Origin: an uncultured Mitsuokella sp.
GTDB taxonomy: Bacteria; Bacillota; Negativicutes; Selenomonadales; Selenomonadaceae
NCBI GenBank assembly: GCA_945873115.1
Contig: CAMCBT010000005.1
Coordinates: forward strand, 69 to 64,068
Reading direction: 5' to 3'
DNA: 64,000 nt
Shown: one piece after another, positions 9,620 to 19,469 of the stretch
How the letters are laid out: the number at the start of each line of letters is the position of its first letter
Position numbering within the stretch: the first letter of the stretch is position 1
Made by a program: the position numbers and the translations under genes
Notes under the pieces: model-generated
What the model was told of the DNA's origin: nothing
The model's database searches: none
Seen by the model: only the letters and a program-made list of their open reading frames with translations

Positions 9620-11035
9620 ATGGATTTATTAAACAGCATCGTCAACCAGATAAACGATGTGTTGTGGTCGTATGTTCTCATCATCGTCCTTGTAGGCTGC
9701 GGCATCTTGTTCACGTTTTACTTCAGGTTTATCCAGGTGCGGATGCTCCCGGAAATGCTCCGCCTTCTGACAGAGGGTGTCGGAAAAAAGGCCCAGGGAG
9801 ATGCCATCAGCTCCTTCCAGGCCTTCTGTGTCAGCACCGCCTCCCGCGTCGGCGTCGGCAATATCGCCGGTGTCGCCATCGCCATCGTCACCGGCGGCCC
9901 CGGTGCTGTCTTCTGGATGTGGGTCATCGCCTTTATAGGCTGTGCTACGGGTTTTGTGGAAAGCACCCTGGCACAAATATATAAGCTACCAAGAGGAAAT
10001 GGGAAATTCCACGGAGGTCCTGCCTACTACATTCAAAACGCATTGGGCCAGCCCGCCATTGCTCGGCTCTTTGCCATCCTGATTTCCATCACCTTCGGCC
10101 TCATTTACAACTCTGTGCAGTCGAACTCCATCACGATTTCCCTGCAGACAGCCTTCGAGATTCCTCCTATTGCAACGGCTGTTTTCCTCTGCATCATCAC
10201 GAGCCTCGTCATTTTTGGCGGAATGAAGCGCATTGCCCAATTCACTGAGTTTCTTGTTCCCATCATGGCGACCCTTTACATTCTCACTGCGATTGTGGTC
10301 ATTGCCCTTCATATCGATGATGTTCCTGCCATGTTCGCGCTTATCTTCCACGATGCCTTCTCCCCGCAGGCTGCCGTTGGCGGCGGCCTAGGTACGGCTA
10401 TCATCACCGGTGTGAAGCGTGGCCTCTTCTCGAACGAAGCTGGCGAGGGCTCCATTCCGAATGCTGCTGCTACGGCCGATGTGACCCATCCTGTCAAGCA
10501 GGGCCTCGTCCAGTCCTTTGGTGTCTATGTGGATACCTGGCTTGTGTGCTCTGCTACGGCCTTCATCATCCTCTTGACCCAGCAGTACGCCGTTGGCGGC
10601 AAGCTCACGGGAATCGCCCTGGCCCAGGCATCTCTTGCCAGCGTATTTGGCGCACTGGCCCCCGCCTGCGTCGCCATCATGATCTTCCTCTTTGCCTTCA
10701 GCTCCATTGTCGGCAACTACTATTACGGAGAGATCAACATCTCCTTTTATGAGGGAAATGTGAAGCTCCACCTCCTCTGCTATCGCATTCTGGTGGTTCT
10801 TCTCGTTCTCTTTGGCTGCCTTGCGGAGCTCTCCCTCGTCTGGAATCTGGCGGACCTCTTCATGGGACTTCTCTGCCTGACAAATCTATACGCTGTAGCA
10901 CGCCTTGCAAAATATGCCCGCATTGCACTGGACAGCTATCTCCGGCAGAAGAAGGAGGGTATCAAGGAGCCTGTTTTTGATCCGAGAGATCTTGGCAACG
11001 AACGCGGTGTTCATGCCTGGGGAGTCGACAAATAA
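9620..11035 (+). CDS. alanine/glycine:cation symporter (AGCS family)
   Basis: The N-terminus INDVLWSYVLIIVLVGCGILFTFYFRFIQVRMLPEM and GLFSNEAGEGSIPNAAA are typical of AGCS. Promoter TTGACG, 17 nt, TATAAT at about 9557-9585. Confidence 0.9.
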   Translation: MDLLNSIVNQINDVLWSYVLIIVLVGCGILFTFYFRFIQVRMLPEMLRLLTEGVGKKAQGDAISSFQAFCVSTASRVGVGNIAGVAIAIVTGGPGAVFWMWVIAFIGCATGFVESTLAQIYKLPRGNGKFHGGPAYYIQNALGQPAIARLFAILISITFGLIYNSVQSNSITISLQTAFEIPPIATAVFLCIITSLVIFGGMKRIAQFTEFLVPIMATLYILTAIVVIALHIDDVPAMFALIFHDAFSPQAAVGGGLGTAIITGVKRGLFSNEAGEGSIPNAAATADVTHPVKQGLVQSFGVYVDTWLVCSATAFIILLTQQYAVGGKLTGIALAQASLASVFGALAPACVAIMIFLFAFSSIVGNYYYGEINISFYEGNVKLHLLCYRILVVLLVLFGCLAELSLVWNLADLFMGLLCLTNLYAVARLAKYARIALDSYLRQKKEGIKEPVFDPRDLGNERGVHAWGVDK

Positions 11036-11067
11036 TCCTCCTGCAAGCAAAAACCTTGACATGCGAA

Positions 11068-11110
11068 GAAGCCTTCACAAGCCATAATGCCTGTGAAGGC
11101 TTCTTTTCAT
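11068..11110. terminator. bidirectional terminator between convergent genes
   Basis: gaagccttcaca / tgtgaaggcttc stem followed by TTTTCAT. Confidence 0.8.
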
Positions 11111-11169
11111 CGGTGCTCCTTCCTCTGCCAAGGGAATATGGAGAAACGGGCCCTATCTGCTGCTGCACT

Positions 11170-12837
11170 TCAGCCTTTGTGGACGTCTTCCTGGAAAAAG
11201 ACAGATCCGCCTATAAACTCGCGCAGCAGGGAATTGTTGGGAATATCTCCTTCGTCGGGCAGATCCAGGAAATACTGGGCAAAGTCCAGAAGACGGCGTG
11301 CCTTTGTATATTCCGGCACATCAGCCGGAACGGCTTTCAGAAGTGGCACTGCGTAGTGGCGCAATACAGAAAGCTCATAAATAAGCGCCGAGTTGAACAT
11401 GACATCCGCTTCCTCCTGATAGGGGAAAATGTACTTCTCCTCTCCTTCCCGCACGTCGGGCCACTGCTTCAGGGTCTTCAGTGCGCTGGAGGCACGGAAA
11501 TGATAGTCCCGTACAAGGCGGCGCATGAGTCTCGCATCTGTCGTGGGAATACGGTTATGGGGGTCAATATTGAGCTGGGTCAGCGCACTGATGTATATTT
11601 TCAGCTTGCTTTTCCGAGGAATTTCCCAGGTCAGCTTTTCATTCAGCCCGTGAATCCCCTCGATAATGATAGTCTCGTCCTTCCCAAGGGAAATGGGCGT
11701 CCCATGCCATTCCCGCTCCCCCGTCACAAAATTATACGTGGGCAGAAAAACTTCTTCTCCCTGCAGGAGGCCGAGCATATCCCGATTGAACTGATGGATA
11801 TCAAGTGCCTCAAGGCACTCGTAATCATATTCCCCCGTCGGCGTCAGCGGCGTATCCTCCCGATTGCAAAAGTAATTGTCGAGAGAAATCGACAGTGGAC
11901 GTAGCCCTAGCACCTTGAGCTGTATGCGAAGACGCTGGGCAAAACTCGTCTTGCCGGAGGAGGATGGCCCTGCTATGAGTATGAGACGCAGCCTATCCTT
12001 CTGGGTTGCCACGAGGTCTGCAATCTCCGCGATGCGCTTTTCCTGCAAGGCTTCTGAGACACGTATGACCTCCCCTATCGTTCCTGATCGGATAGCTCGA
12101 TTGAGGTCCGTAACATATTGGCAATTCAATATGCCTGCCCAACGCTTCGACTCCCCCAACACGCCCGATAGCTTCGGCTGCGGGATGGCAGTAGCCACCT
12201 TGCCCTTGCTGGCAGCATCCGATGTCCGCATGAGTACCCCCGCCTCAAAAGAATCCAGGGCAAATTCCGAGAGCTTTTCTGCAGAATCCACCATGGCACC
12301 ATAGAGATAGTCATAATAGGAATTGGAGCGATAAATGCTTACCTTTTCCTGACTCAGGGAAGCAATGAGGTTTGCCTTTTCAATCTGCTTTGACTCCTTG
12401 AAGAGGCGCACCGCCTCTTCCCGGGGGATCACCTCCTTGTAAATTTTTCGTTTTTCCTTCACATAGGCGTGCATTTTCGCTTCGATGGTCTTGACCATTT
12501 CCTCCGTAATCTCACCACTCGGCATACGGATTTCACAGTACAGCCCATTATTTGCCCGAAACTTGACCTCTACACCAGCCCCTGGATAGAGCTCCTGAAC
12601 AGCCATGATAAGAAGAAATTCTACAGAACGCCTATAAATGATCCATCCATCCTCCGAGTCCAGCTCGACGAACTCAATAGAACGCGACTTCCCAATGGGT
12701 GTCTGCAGATCATGGAGTGTATTGTCGAGCTTTACCCCCACAATCGGCGATCCATATTCCTTTTGGTAGGCTGGTGCGATAGAGAGTGGCAAGGTCTCTG
12801 GCGGGAAATAGCAGGATTTACGGATTGTCACAAACAT
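11170..12837 (-). CDS. uridine/nucleoside kinase family protein with ThrRS-like TGS/second-additional N-terminal domains
   Basis: P-loop IAGPSSSGKTSFAQRL and PRK/uridine-kinase text IIEGIHGLNEKL...RRLVRDYHFR. I chose the start at 12837 (MFVTIRK) with GGAG upstream. The track extension to 12954 overlaps the pit stop region. Confidence 0.8.
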   Translation of the reverse strand: MFVTIRKSCYFPPETLPLSIAPAYQKEYGSPIVGVKLDNTLHDLQTPIGKSRSIEFVELDSEDGWIIYRRSVEFLLIMAVQELYPGAGVEVKFRANNGLYCEIRMPSGEITEEMVKTIEAKMHAYVKEKRKIYKEVIPREEAVRLFKESKQIEKANLIASLSQEKVSIYRSNSYYDYLYGAMVDSAEKLSEFALDSFEAGVLMRTSDAASKGKVATAIPQPKLSGVLGESKRWAGILNCQYVTDLNRAIRSGTIGEVIRVSEALQEKRIAEIADLVATQKDRLRLILIAGPSSSGKTSFAQRLRIQLKVLGLRPLSISLDNYFCNREDTPLTPTGEYDYECLEALDIHQFNRDMLGLLQGEEVFLPTYNFVTGEREWHGTPISLGKDETIIIEGIHGLNEKLTWEIPRKSKLKIYISALTQLNIDPHNRIPTTDARLMRRLVRDYHFRASSALKTLKQWPDVREGEEKYIFPYQEEADVMFNSALIYELSVLRHYAVPLLKAVPADVPEYTKARRLLDFAQYFLDLPDEGDIPNNSLLREFIGGSVFFQEDVHKG

Positions 12838-12910
12838 ATGCAAGCAGACTCCTTTCCATCTTTCAAAGGCTGAAATAAAAAAGGAACAGCAATGTGTTCC
12901 TTTGTGTCGC

Positions 12911-13909
12911 TCATTTGAAGATAAGGCAGACAATATAGTAGGATATGGCACCAATCAGGGCAGTGCAGGGAATGGTGAGCACCCAGGCCACCACCATCTG
13001 CTGGGCCACGCCCCAGTGAACGGCATTCGCACGCTTTGCCGTGCCGACCCCCATAATCGATCCCGATACAACATGTGTCGTGCTGACCGGAAGATGAAGA
13101 AGGGTCGCTGAAAAGATGACAGTCGCAGAGTTCAAATCTGCAGCAAAGCCGGAAATCGGCTCCAGCTTGAAAATCTTCCCTCCTACAGTCTTGATGATGC
13201 GCCAGCCCCCGATGGCTGTACCACAGGCCATTGCCGTGGCGGCGAGTATCTTGACATAGGTCGGAACCTCAAACACATCGATATAGCCACCGGAAAGAAG
13301 TGCCAACGTCATGATGCCCATGGATTTCTGTGCATCATTCGACCCATGGGAGAATGCCATCATGGCTGCTGAGACAATCTGCAACTTCTTGAATTTGTGA
13401 TTGATGGACGAAGGACTGAATTGGCCAAAGACACGAAAGAGAATCGTCATGACGATACAGCCTGTCAAAATGGCAATCAGCGGCGAGCCAATCAGAGAAA
13501 GGATAATCTTTCCAATTCCATAGAAGTTCAGACCATCTGTGCCCACAGAAACCAGAACAGCACCGATGACGCCTCCCACAAGCGCGTGGGAGGAGCTGGA
13601 AGGCATGGCAAACCACCAGGTCACTAGATTCCAGATAATGGCTCCCACAAGGGCTGCTATGATGATATGCTCATCCACATGATGGGCGCTCTTTACGATA
13701 TCCGCACCGATGGTCTTAGCCACGCCTGTGCTGTACATGGCACCTAAGAAATTCAAACAGGCAGCCATGAGAATGGCATGGCTGGGGTGTATCGCCCGTG
13801 TCGAAACGGAAGTCGCAATTGCATTGGCCGTATCATGAAAGCCATTGATAAAGTCAAAGAGCAGCGCCAAGACGATAACCGTAAAGATTAGAAAGTGAAG
13901 CTCAGGCAT
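12911..13909 (-). CDS. pit: inorganic phosphate transporter, PiT family
   Basis: LLFDFINGFHDTANAIATSVSTRA and the repeated GSNDAQKSMG motif. Confidence 0.92.
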   Translation of the reverse strand: MPELHFLIFTVIVLALLFDFINGFHDTANAIATSVSTRAIHPSHAILMAACLNFLGAMYSTGVAKTIGADIVKSAHHVDEHIIIAALVGAIIWNLVTWWFAMPSSSSHALVGGVIGAVLVSVGTDGLNFYGIGKIILSLIGSPLIAILTGCIVMTILFRVFGQFSPSSINHKFKKLQIVSAAMMAFSHGSNDAQKSMGIMTLALLSGGYIDVFEVPTYVKILAATAMACGTAIGGWRIIKTVGGKIFKLEPISGFAADLNSATVIFSATLLHLPVSTTHVVSGSIMGVGTAKRANAVHWGVAQQMVVAWVLTIPCTALIGAISYYIVCLIFK

Positions 13910-14528
13910 ACTTCATGACCACTCCTCGAATCATATCAGATATCCTCTCACAGTGGTCTAGCGTTTCCTCAAGGATTTCCAGAATATCCTTCCATTTGAT
14001 AAGCTCGATGGGATCCTTTTCATCGGCAAAGAGACTTGCCACCTCATTGCGGTAAATGCGGTCTCCCTCGCTCTCAAGGTGTCCGATCTTATGGGTCGCC
14101 TCAAGAATCTGTGCTTGGTTTTTCCGGATGTTTTTCAGCAGGGAGAAGGCCCAGATGATTTCCTCTGTCGCATCAATCAAGAGCTTTGTAAGACTGCGCG
14201 CCCCTTCCTTCGTCGAGGCGGCGTTATACATGACAAGGCGCTGTATTGTCCCCTGAAGATAATCCACACCATCATCGAGGCCATTGGCGAGCGCGTAAAT
14301 ATCCTCCCGATCAATGGGCGTGATAAACGTCATATTAAGCTTGTCAATAATCTTGTCATTGACCTTGTCCGCCTCATGCTCCAGGTCGATAATCTGCTTT
14401 ACACGAGAGTGGGCCTTGCTGTAATCCGCCATGACCTCATCCATGATAAGCGCACCCGAGTGAAAAAAACGGGCGCTCTCTACAAACAGATCAAAGAACT
14501 CTCCGTCCTTCTGCTTGAACTTAAACAT
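13902..14528 (-). CDS. DUF47 (PhoU-like) phosphate-transport accessory protein
   Basis: MFKFKQKDGEFFDLFVESA... is typical of DUF47. It overlaps the pit start by 8 nt. The ATG at 14528 follows GGAGGA; the track start at 14546 is a TTG inside that RBS. Confidence 0.85.
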   Translation of the reverse strand: MFKFKQKDGEFFDLFVESARFFHSGALIMDEVMADYSKAHSRVKQIIDLEHEADKVNDKIIDKLNMTFITPIDREDIYALANGLDDGVDYLQGTIQRLVMYNAASTKEGARSLTKLLIDATEEIIWAFSLLKNIRKNQAQILEATHKIGHLESEGDRIYRNEVASLFADEKDPIELIKWKDILEILEETLDHCERISDMIRGVVMKYA

Positions 14529-14640
14529 CTTTCGTGCGTCCTCCAAAAGAACAACTCATACATTTCCACCTATAACTATATCATCTATCCCTATCCACTT
14601 CAACAGTAAATAAAGCAAGCACAATAAAAATTTCCAATCA

Positions 14641-14665
14641 AAACCACCCGTCAAACGGGTGGTTT
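14641..14665 (-). terminator. perfect 10-bp hairpin with a minus-strand T-run
   Basis: aaaccacccg-tcaaa-cgggtggttt, followed on the minus strand by TTTTGATTGG. It may insulate the pit operon from upstream readthrough. Confidence 0.5.
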
Positions 14666-14669
14666 GCTC

Positions 14670-15126
14670 GCCCCTATAAGGGGCAGTGACCTATAATGGG
14701 CCCATGGATTTAGACCACCCGTGAATTTTTTAGGAGTGCATGATATAGTAGCAGTAATGAAAACGGAGGTTGCTATCATGCCACGAAAAAAGTACACGGC
14801 TGAATTCAAGGCGAAGACTGTCCTGTCCATCTTGCAGGGCGACAAAGAGTTCAACGTCATTTGCTCCGAGAACGGCCTGAATCCCAATATGGTCCAAAAA
14901 TGGAAGCAGGATTTTGCAGCATGCCCATCGCGCGTTCAGCGCAGATTCTGAGAACAAGGCAGCTCAGAGAAAGGAGGATGCGCCGCACGAGCCGATGAGC
15001 AAGGCTCGTGCCTTCGACGAGGCCAATGGCCCGTATTGATAACCTTCTTGTCCTCCACCCGCATAGCGGGTGATTTATTGTATCGTATTCTCTGCATACG
15101 ATACTGGGTCATGCCCCATAAAAAAC
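14670..15126 (+). mobile_element. internally deleted IS remnant (IS3-type orfA fragment flanked by imperfect inverted repeats)
   Basis: Left end TATAAGGGGCAGTGACC (14675-14691). The right-end reverse complement is TTTATGGGGCATGACC (15107-15122), sharing the GGGGCA(G)TGACC core. Only about 0.45 kb lies between the ends, so the orfB/DDE part is absent. Confidence 0.6.
14778..15040 (+). pseudogene. IS3-family orfA (HTH) transposase fragment, frameshifted and truncated
   Basis: MPRKKYTAEFKAKTVLSILQGDKEFNVICSENGLNPNMVQKWKQDF follows GGAGG. The expected continuation (LQHAHRAFSADSENKAAQRKEDA) is in another frame from about 14918. No catalytic domain follows. Confidence 0.7.
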
Positions 15127-15158
15127 AGGCTCTATTGCCTCGAGGAGCAATAGAGCCT
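15121..15158 (-). terminator. Rho-independent terminator of the aminotransferase gene
   Basis: aggctctattgc / gcaatagagcct stem, followed by GTTTTTTA on the minus strand. Confidence 0.8.
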
Positions 15159-15179
15159 GAATAATATTCATCCTTCCAA

Positions 15180-16424
15180 TCAGCCTTCTACAGCCTTCTG
15201 TGCCTTCAAGACCTTGGCAGCCACGCCCTTCATCTTGGCTGCGGAAACGGAGCAGGCCGCAATGCGAACGCCAAGCTTTAGCGGAACAGCGAAAATCAGA
15301 TCGTCATGCAGCTTGTCGCATACCGCCTGGGGATTCGCCGAAGGGACAGCGAGGAAGAATCCGCCCATATAAGGAAGGGCGTTCAGGCCGCATTCCTTTG
15401 CTTCCTCCATAAAGAGATTGCCCCGGGCCCGAATCATCTGATAGAAATTATCCCGCTCCTTTTCAAACTGGGCAAGCGTTGCCTTATCCTGCTGGATACG
15501 GGTAAGAAGCGTCATTGCTCCGCGGTTGATATTCGACCAGGTAGCTCGGCTCGTATACTTATTGATTTCCTTGAATTCCTCGATGACTAGCTTATCTTTG
15601 GAAACACCCACAAGGGCGCCCGTACGCTGTCCGTAGGCCGTATAACCCTTTGACATGGAGAAGGCAAACATGACGAAAACATTCTCAGGAAGGTTTCCGA
15701 ACTTCTTCATGAAGCGACGCGTCTCATTTTTCTCACCCGCATAATCAATGTAGGCAATGTCGACGAGAAGGCTTATCCTCTTTCCCTTTGCAGCAAAGGA
15801 ATTCATGACGCCGAGGACACCATCCCAGTCTGCTTCCGACAGACTGAAGCCTGTCGGGTTATGAGCCGGTGTGTTGAGGATAATCAGCAGGCTGTCCTGC
15901 CTTGCAAGAATGCCGGTGACGGCCTCTGTAAAGGACTTCAGATTGAAAGCATGTGCCTCGTCAAACAATTTGAAATTCGTAAGATGCGTGCCACATTCGT
16001 TGCAGATGACATTATATGTCCCCCAGAACCAATCGGAGGTCAGCACCTCCTCGCCACGTTCTGCATAATTGGCGATGGCATGATGGATGGCACCTGTGCC
16101 GCCTGCTGTTGCAATGGCTCCCACATATCCATCCGGACGCTGCTCGGCGAAGGTCAAATCGATGACAGCCTCGAGGTATTCCGGCAGGCCGGAAATTGGC
16201 GCATAACTCACGTAGTCCCCGATGGAAAGGGATCGGAAAACGCGCTCCATGGTGGGGATGCTGGCAAGTGAACCATCATCCGCCATCATAACGCCCATTG
16301 TGGCGTTCGTCACCTTGTCTGCGCCATATTTTTTCGCTGCCTCACGACATGCTGCGCTTGCGCCGAAAATCGCATCCTTCAACCGCTTCGAAGCAGCATG
16401 TGATGCCGCCATGCTCATAGACAT
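15180..16424 (-). CDS. AspC/TyrB-like class I aminotransferase
   Basis: The PLP-lysine region FAFSMSKGYTAYGQRTGAL parallels SFSKNFGLYNERVG of AspC, and NPTGFSL is present. I chose the start at 16424 (MSMSMAAS) after AAGGGG. Confidence 0.85.
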   Translation of the reverse strand: MSMSMAASHAASKRLKDAIFGASAACREAAKKYGADKVTNATMGVMMADDGSLASIPTMERVFRSLSIGDYVSYAPISGLPEYLEAVIDLTFAEQRPDGYVGAIATAGGTGAIHHAIANYAERGEEVLTSDWFWGTYNVICNECGTHLTNFKLFDEAHAFNLKSFTEAVTGILARQDSLLIILNTPAHNPTGFSLSEADWDGVLGVMNSFAAKGKRISLLVDIAYIDYAGEKNETRRFMKKFGNLPENVFVMFAFSMSKGYTAYGQRTGALVGVSKDKLVIEEFKEINKYTSRATWSNINRGAMTLLTRIQQDKATLAQFEKERDNFYQMIRARGNLFMEEAKECGLNALPYMGGFFLAVPSANPQAVCDKLHDDLIFAVPLKLGVRIAACSVSAAKMKGVAAKVLKAQKAVEG

Positions 16425-16554
16425 TGCAATACCCCTTTTCATCGGATGTGTAAGAAATATCAATTCATACGGCTACATAAAGCCACGTACGTATACGATG
16501 TAATCATACACTCCTCGTTCTTTTCTGTCCATATAGCGAGCTCAAGTATACAGA

Positions 16555-16588
16555 ATGCAAAACGGGGCTGTGTAAACTTAACAGCCCC
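16555..16588 (-). terminator. Rho-independent terminator of aspartate kinase
   Basis: ggggctgt / acagcccc stem, followed by GTTTTGCATT on the minus strand. Confidence 0.75.
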
Positions 16589-16618
16589 ACCTCTCATCAG
16601 TATATGAAAGCTCACGCC

Positions 16619-17857
16619 TTATACCTGGGAATTCTCCGGGAAGAATTCTGCATGGATTGCATTGACAGCCTTTTTGAGCTCAGCTCCCTTGATAAGGCAG
16701 GAAATGCTGATTTCCGAGGTGCTGATGATATCAATATTGATTTCTGCCCGAGAAAGCGCTCCAAACATGCGGGCAGCAATGCCAGGATTGCCGAGCATGC
16801 CAGCTCCGACGATGGACACCTTTGCCACATCCTCCTCGATAAGGACAGCAATGGCATTGAGCTTGTCCGCCACCTTGTCCACGACCTTCTTGGCCTGGCC
16901 CAGGTCATCCGTGGCGACGGTGAAGACCATATCCGTCACATTCTTTTCGATATTGCGGATGCTCTGCACAATCATGTCGACATCGATATTGGCCTCCGCA
17001 AGGGCCGAGAAAATCTCATGGGCAATGCCGGGGGTATTGGGGATGCCCAGCACCGCAATCTTTGCGACCTTCTCATCATGTGCAACGCCACGGATGATAA
17101 AATCCTTCTCTTCCATCGTGTATTCCTCCCGAATGATAGTACCAGGTTTATTCGTAAATGTCGAACGGACATGAATGGGAATACCGAAATGCTTTCCCAT
17201 CTCAACGGAACGAGGCTGCATGACGCCGGCACCAAGGCGCGCCATCTCCAGCATCTCGTAATAGGTGATTTCCTTCATCTTGCGTGCATTCGGCTCAATG
17301 CGCGGATCTGCGGAATAAATGCCCTCCACATCCGTATAAATCTCACAGGTGTCTGCACCAAGGGCACCGGCAAGGGCCACTGCCGAGGTATCCGAGCCGC
17401 CTCGGCCAAGCGTCACAGGGTCTCCTGCGGCATCTGCGCCTTGGAAGCCTGCTACGACAACGATATTCCCCTTATCCAGCTCCTCGTGAACGCGCTTCGG
17501 CCTGATTCCTACGATGCGCCCCTTTGTATGGACATCATTCGTCTGCATGCCCGCCATGCTTCCCGTCAAGGAAACAGCTGGTGCCCCCAGCGTCTTGAAG
17601 GCCATCGCCAGAAGGGAAATGGAAACCTGCTCGCCGGTGGTGAGCAGCATATCCATTTCACGAGTATATTGGTACGGATCCTTCGTAATCCCTTGAGCAA
17701 GGTGAATCAAATCATCCGTCGTATCCCCCATAGCCGATACGACCATGACAATTTTATCGCCTGGCTGCTTCTCATCAAGAACACGCTTTGCTACATTCAT
17801 AATTTTCTCAGCTGTAGCAACCGAGCTCCCACCAAACTTCTTGACTATAAGCGCCAT
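16619..17857 (-). CDS. lysC: aspartate kinase with C-terminal ACT domains
   Basis: MALIVKKFGGSSVATAEKI...GRGGSDTSAVALA... and the ACT-region text. I chose the start at 17857 after AGGGGGAG. Confidence 0.92.
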   Translation of the reverse strand: MALIVKKFGGSSVATAEKIMNVAKRVLDEKQPGDKIVMVVSAMGDTTDDLIHLAQGITKDPYQYTREMDMLLTTGEQVSISLLAMAFKTLGAPAVSLTGSMAGMQTNDVHTKGRIVGIRPKRVHEELDKGNIVVVAGFQGADAAGDPVTLGRGGSDTSAVALAGALGADTCEIYTDVEGIYSADPRIEPNARKMKEITYYEMLEMARLGAGVMQPRSVEMGKHFGIPIHVRSTFTNKPGTIIREEYTMEEKDFIIRGVAHDEKVAKIAVLGIPNTPGIAHEIFSALAEANIDVDMIVQSIRNIEKNVTDMVFTVATDDLGQAKKVVDKVADKLNAIAVLIEEDVAKVSIVGAGMLGNPGIAARMFGALSRAEINIDIISTSEISISCLIKGAELKKAVNAIHAEFFPENSQV

Positions 17858-17919
17858 GATTCTCCCCCTAGTCATTTGATGAGCTTTCGCCATCATCATA
17901 CTGAATTCAAACGAAACCA

Positions 17920-17948
17920 ATTATACATAATTCCATAGACGATGTCTA
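17920..17948 (-). promoter_or_regulatory. candidate promoter of lysC
   Basis: TAGACA, 17 nt, TATAAT (with TGT upstream of the -10) on the minus strand. Confidence 0.45.
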
Positions 17949-18191
17949 TAAAAACTTGCCGATTTTATGGATTTTCTTTATAAATTTCTTTTCAATAAGC
18001 ACAGCATGTTACACTATTCCTCTTATACAGCCATATTTCGTGTTTTACTGTAAATTATTTCCATGCACTCTGATTCGACAAAGCGCGTGCAATGTGATAG
18101 ATTATTGCAGGAAAAACTTCGCTCCTTCCAAGAAGCAGCCCACAGGCTTTCCCTACTAACTCAAACTTCCCGAAAACAAAAGGAGTTCCCC

Positions 18192-19469
18192 ATGAAAAAA
18201 CGACCTATCGGCGTAGAGGAAAGATTGCCTCTGCTGGAAACCATCCCTCTGTCTCTGCAGCATCTCTTTGCGATGTTTGGATCGACAGTCCTCGTCCCCA
18301 TTCTTTTCAAGATTGATCCTGCCACCTGTCTGCTCTTCAATGGCATTGGCACACTTCTCTACCTTTTTCTCTGTCGCGGGAAAATACCGGCCTACCTGGG
18401 CTCCAGCTTTGCCTTTCTCTCTCCTGTATTTCTTGTCCTCGATAAATATGGCTATGAATCCGCCCTTGGCGGCTTCATCCTGGTGGGCATTGTCTTCGTC
18501 CTCGTCAGTCTGTTGATTCGAGCAGTGGGCACAAGCTGGATTCATGTCATCTTTCCGCCTGCATCCATGGGCGCCATCGTGGCGGTCATCGGTCTGGAAC
18601 TCATGCCGACAGCTGCAAAAATGGCAGGTCTCACTGGGAAAGAGGCGGATCCAACCACCATACTCGTTTCCCTCACAACGCTCCTTATCACTGTCATATC
18701 CTCTGTTGCCTTTCGCGGGTTTCTTTCTATTATCCCCATCCTTATCGGCGTGGTCGGCGGCTATATCATCGCTTCTCTTGCCGGAATCGTGGATTGGTCG
18801 GCCGTTGCGACAGCCCCCTGGTTCTCCCTGCCCACTTTCTATACGCCCTCCTTTGACATCAATGCCATGATCATCATTCTGCCTGCCGCCCTTGTCGTCA
18901 TCGTCGAGCATATAGGTCACCTCATCGTCACGGGCAATATCGTGGGACACGACCTCACGAAGGATCCAGGTCTCGACCGCTCCATTCTCGGCAACGGCCT
19001 TTCCACCATCCTGTCCGGCTTCTTTGGCTCCACACCAAATACCACCTATGGGGAAAACATCGGTGTCCTTGCCATCACAAGGGTATTTTCCACCAGGGTC
19101 ATTGGCGGCGCAGCAATCTTTGCCATCCTGCTCTCCTGCCTAGGAAAACTCTCTGCCGCCATCCAAAGCATCCCGACTCCCGTCATGGGCGGTGTATCCC
19201 TTCTGCTCTTTGGCGTCATCGCCGCCTCCGGCATACGGATTCTCGTGGAAGCAAAGGTCAACTACAACGATTCCATGAACCTTCTCCTGACCTCCATCGT
19301 TATTGGCATCGGCGTCTCCACCGCCAGCATCACCTTGGGAACGGTCACCTTCCAAGGAATGTCCCTTGCCACTATCGTCGCCATCTTCCTATCCCTGCTT
19401 TTCCACCTGCTCCGTCTGATACGCGTCCGGGAGCCCGCCCCAGAGGAAGACAAGGGCCCCCATGCGTAG
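18192..19469 (+). CDS. uraA: uracil permease (NCS2 family)
   Basis: MKKRPIGVEERLPLLETIPLSLQHLFAMFGSTVLVPILF and TTYGENIGVLAITRV. I chose the ATG at 18192 after AAGGAG; the upstream part of the track ORF does not look like protein. Confidence 0.9.
   Translation: MKKRPIGVEERLPLLETIPLSLQHLFAMFGSTVLVPILFKIDPATCLLFNGIGTLLYLFLCRGKIPAYLGSSFAFLSPVFLVLDKYGYESALGGFILVGIVFVLVSLLIRAVGTSWIHVIFPPASMGAIVAVIGLELMPTAAKMAGLTGKEADPTTILVSLTTLLITVISSVAFRGFLSIIPILIGVVGGYIIASLAGIVDWSAVATAPWFSLPTFYTPSFDINAMIIILPAALVVIVEHIGHLIVTGNIVGHDLTKDPGLDRSILGNGLSTILSGFFGSTPNTTYGENIGVLAITRVFSTRVIGGAAIFAILLSCLGKLSAAIQSIPTPVMGGVSLLLFGVIAASGIRILVEAKVNYNDSMNLLLTSIVIGIGVSTASITLGTVTFQGMSLATIVAIFLSLLFHLLRLIRVREPAPEEDKGPHA

Noticed and set aside
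17949-18191. Possible PyrR attenuator or riboswitch upstream of the uracil permease
   Set aside because: I looked for the PyrR binding-loop consensus (ARUCCAGAGAGGYU) and for a terminator/antiterminator pair and found neither. Only a weak promoter candidate is present.
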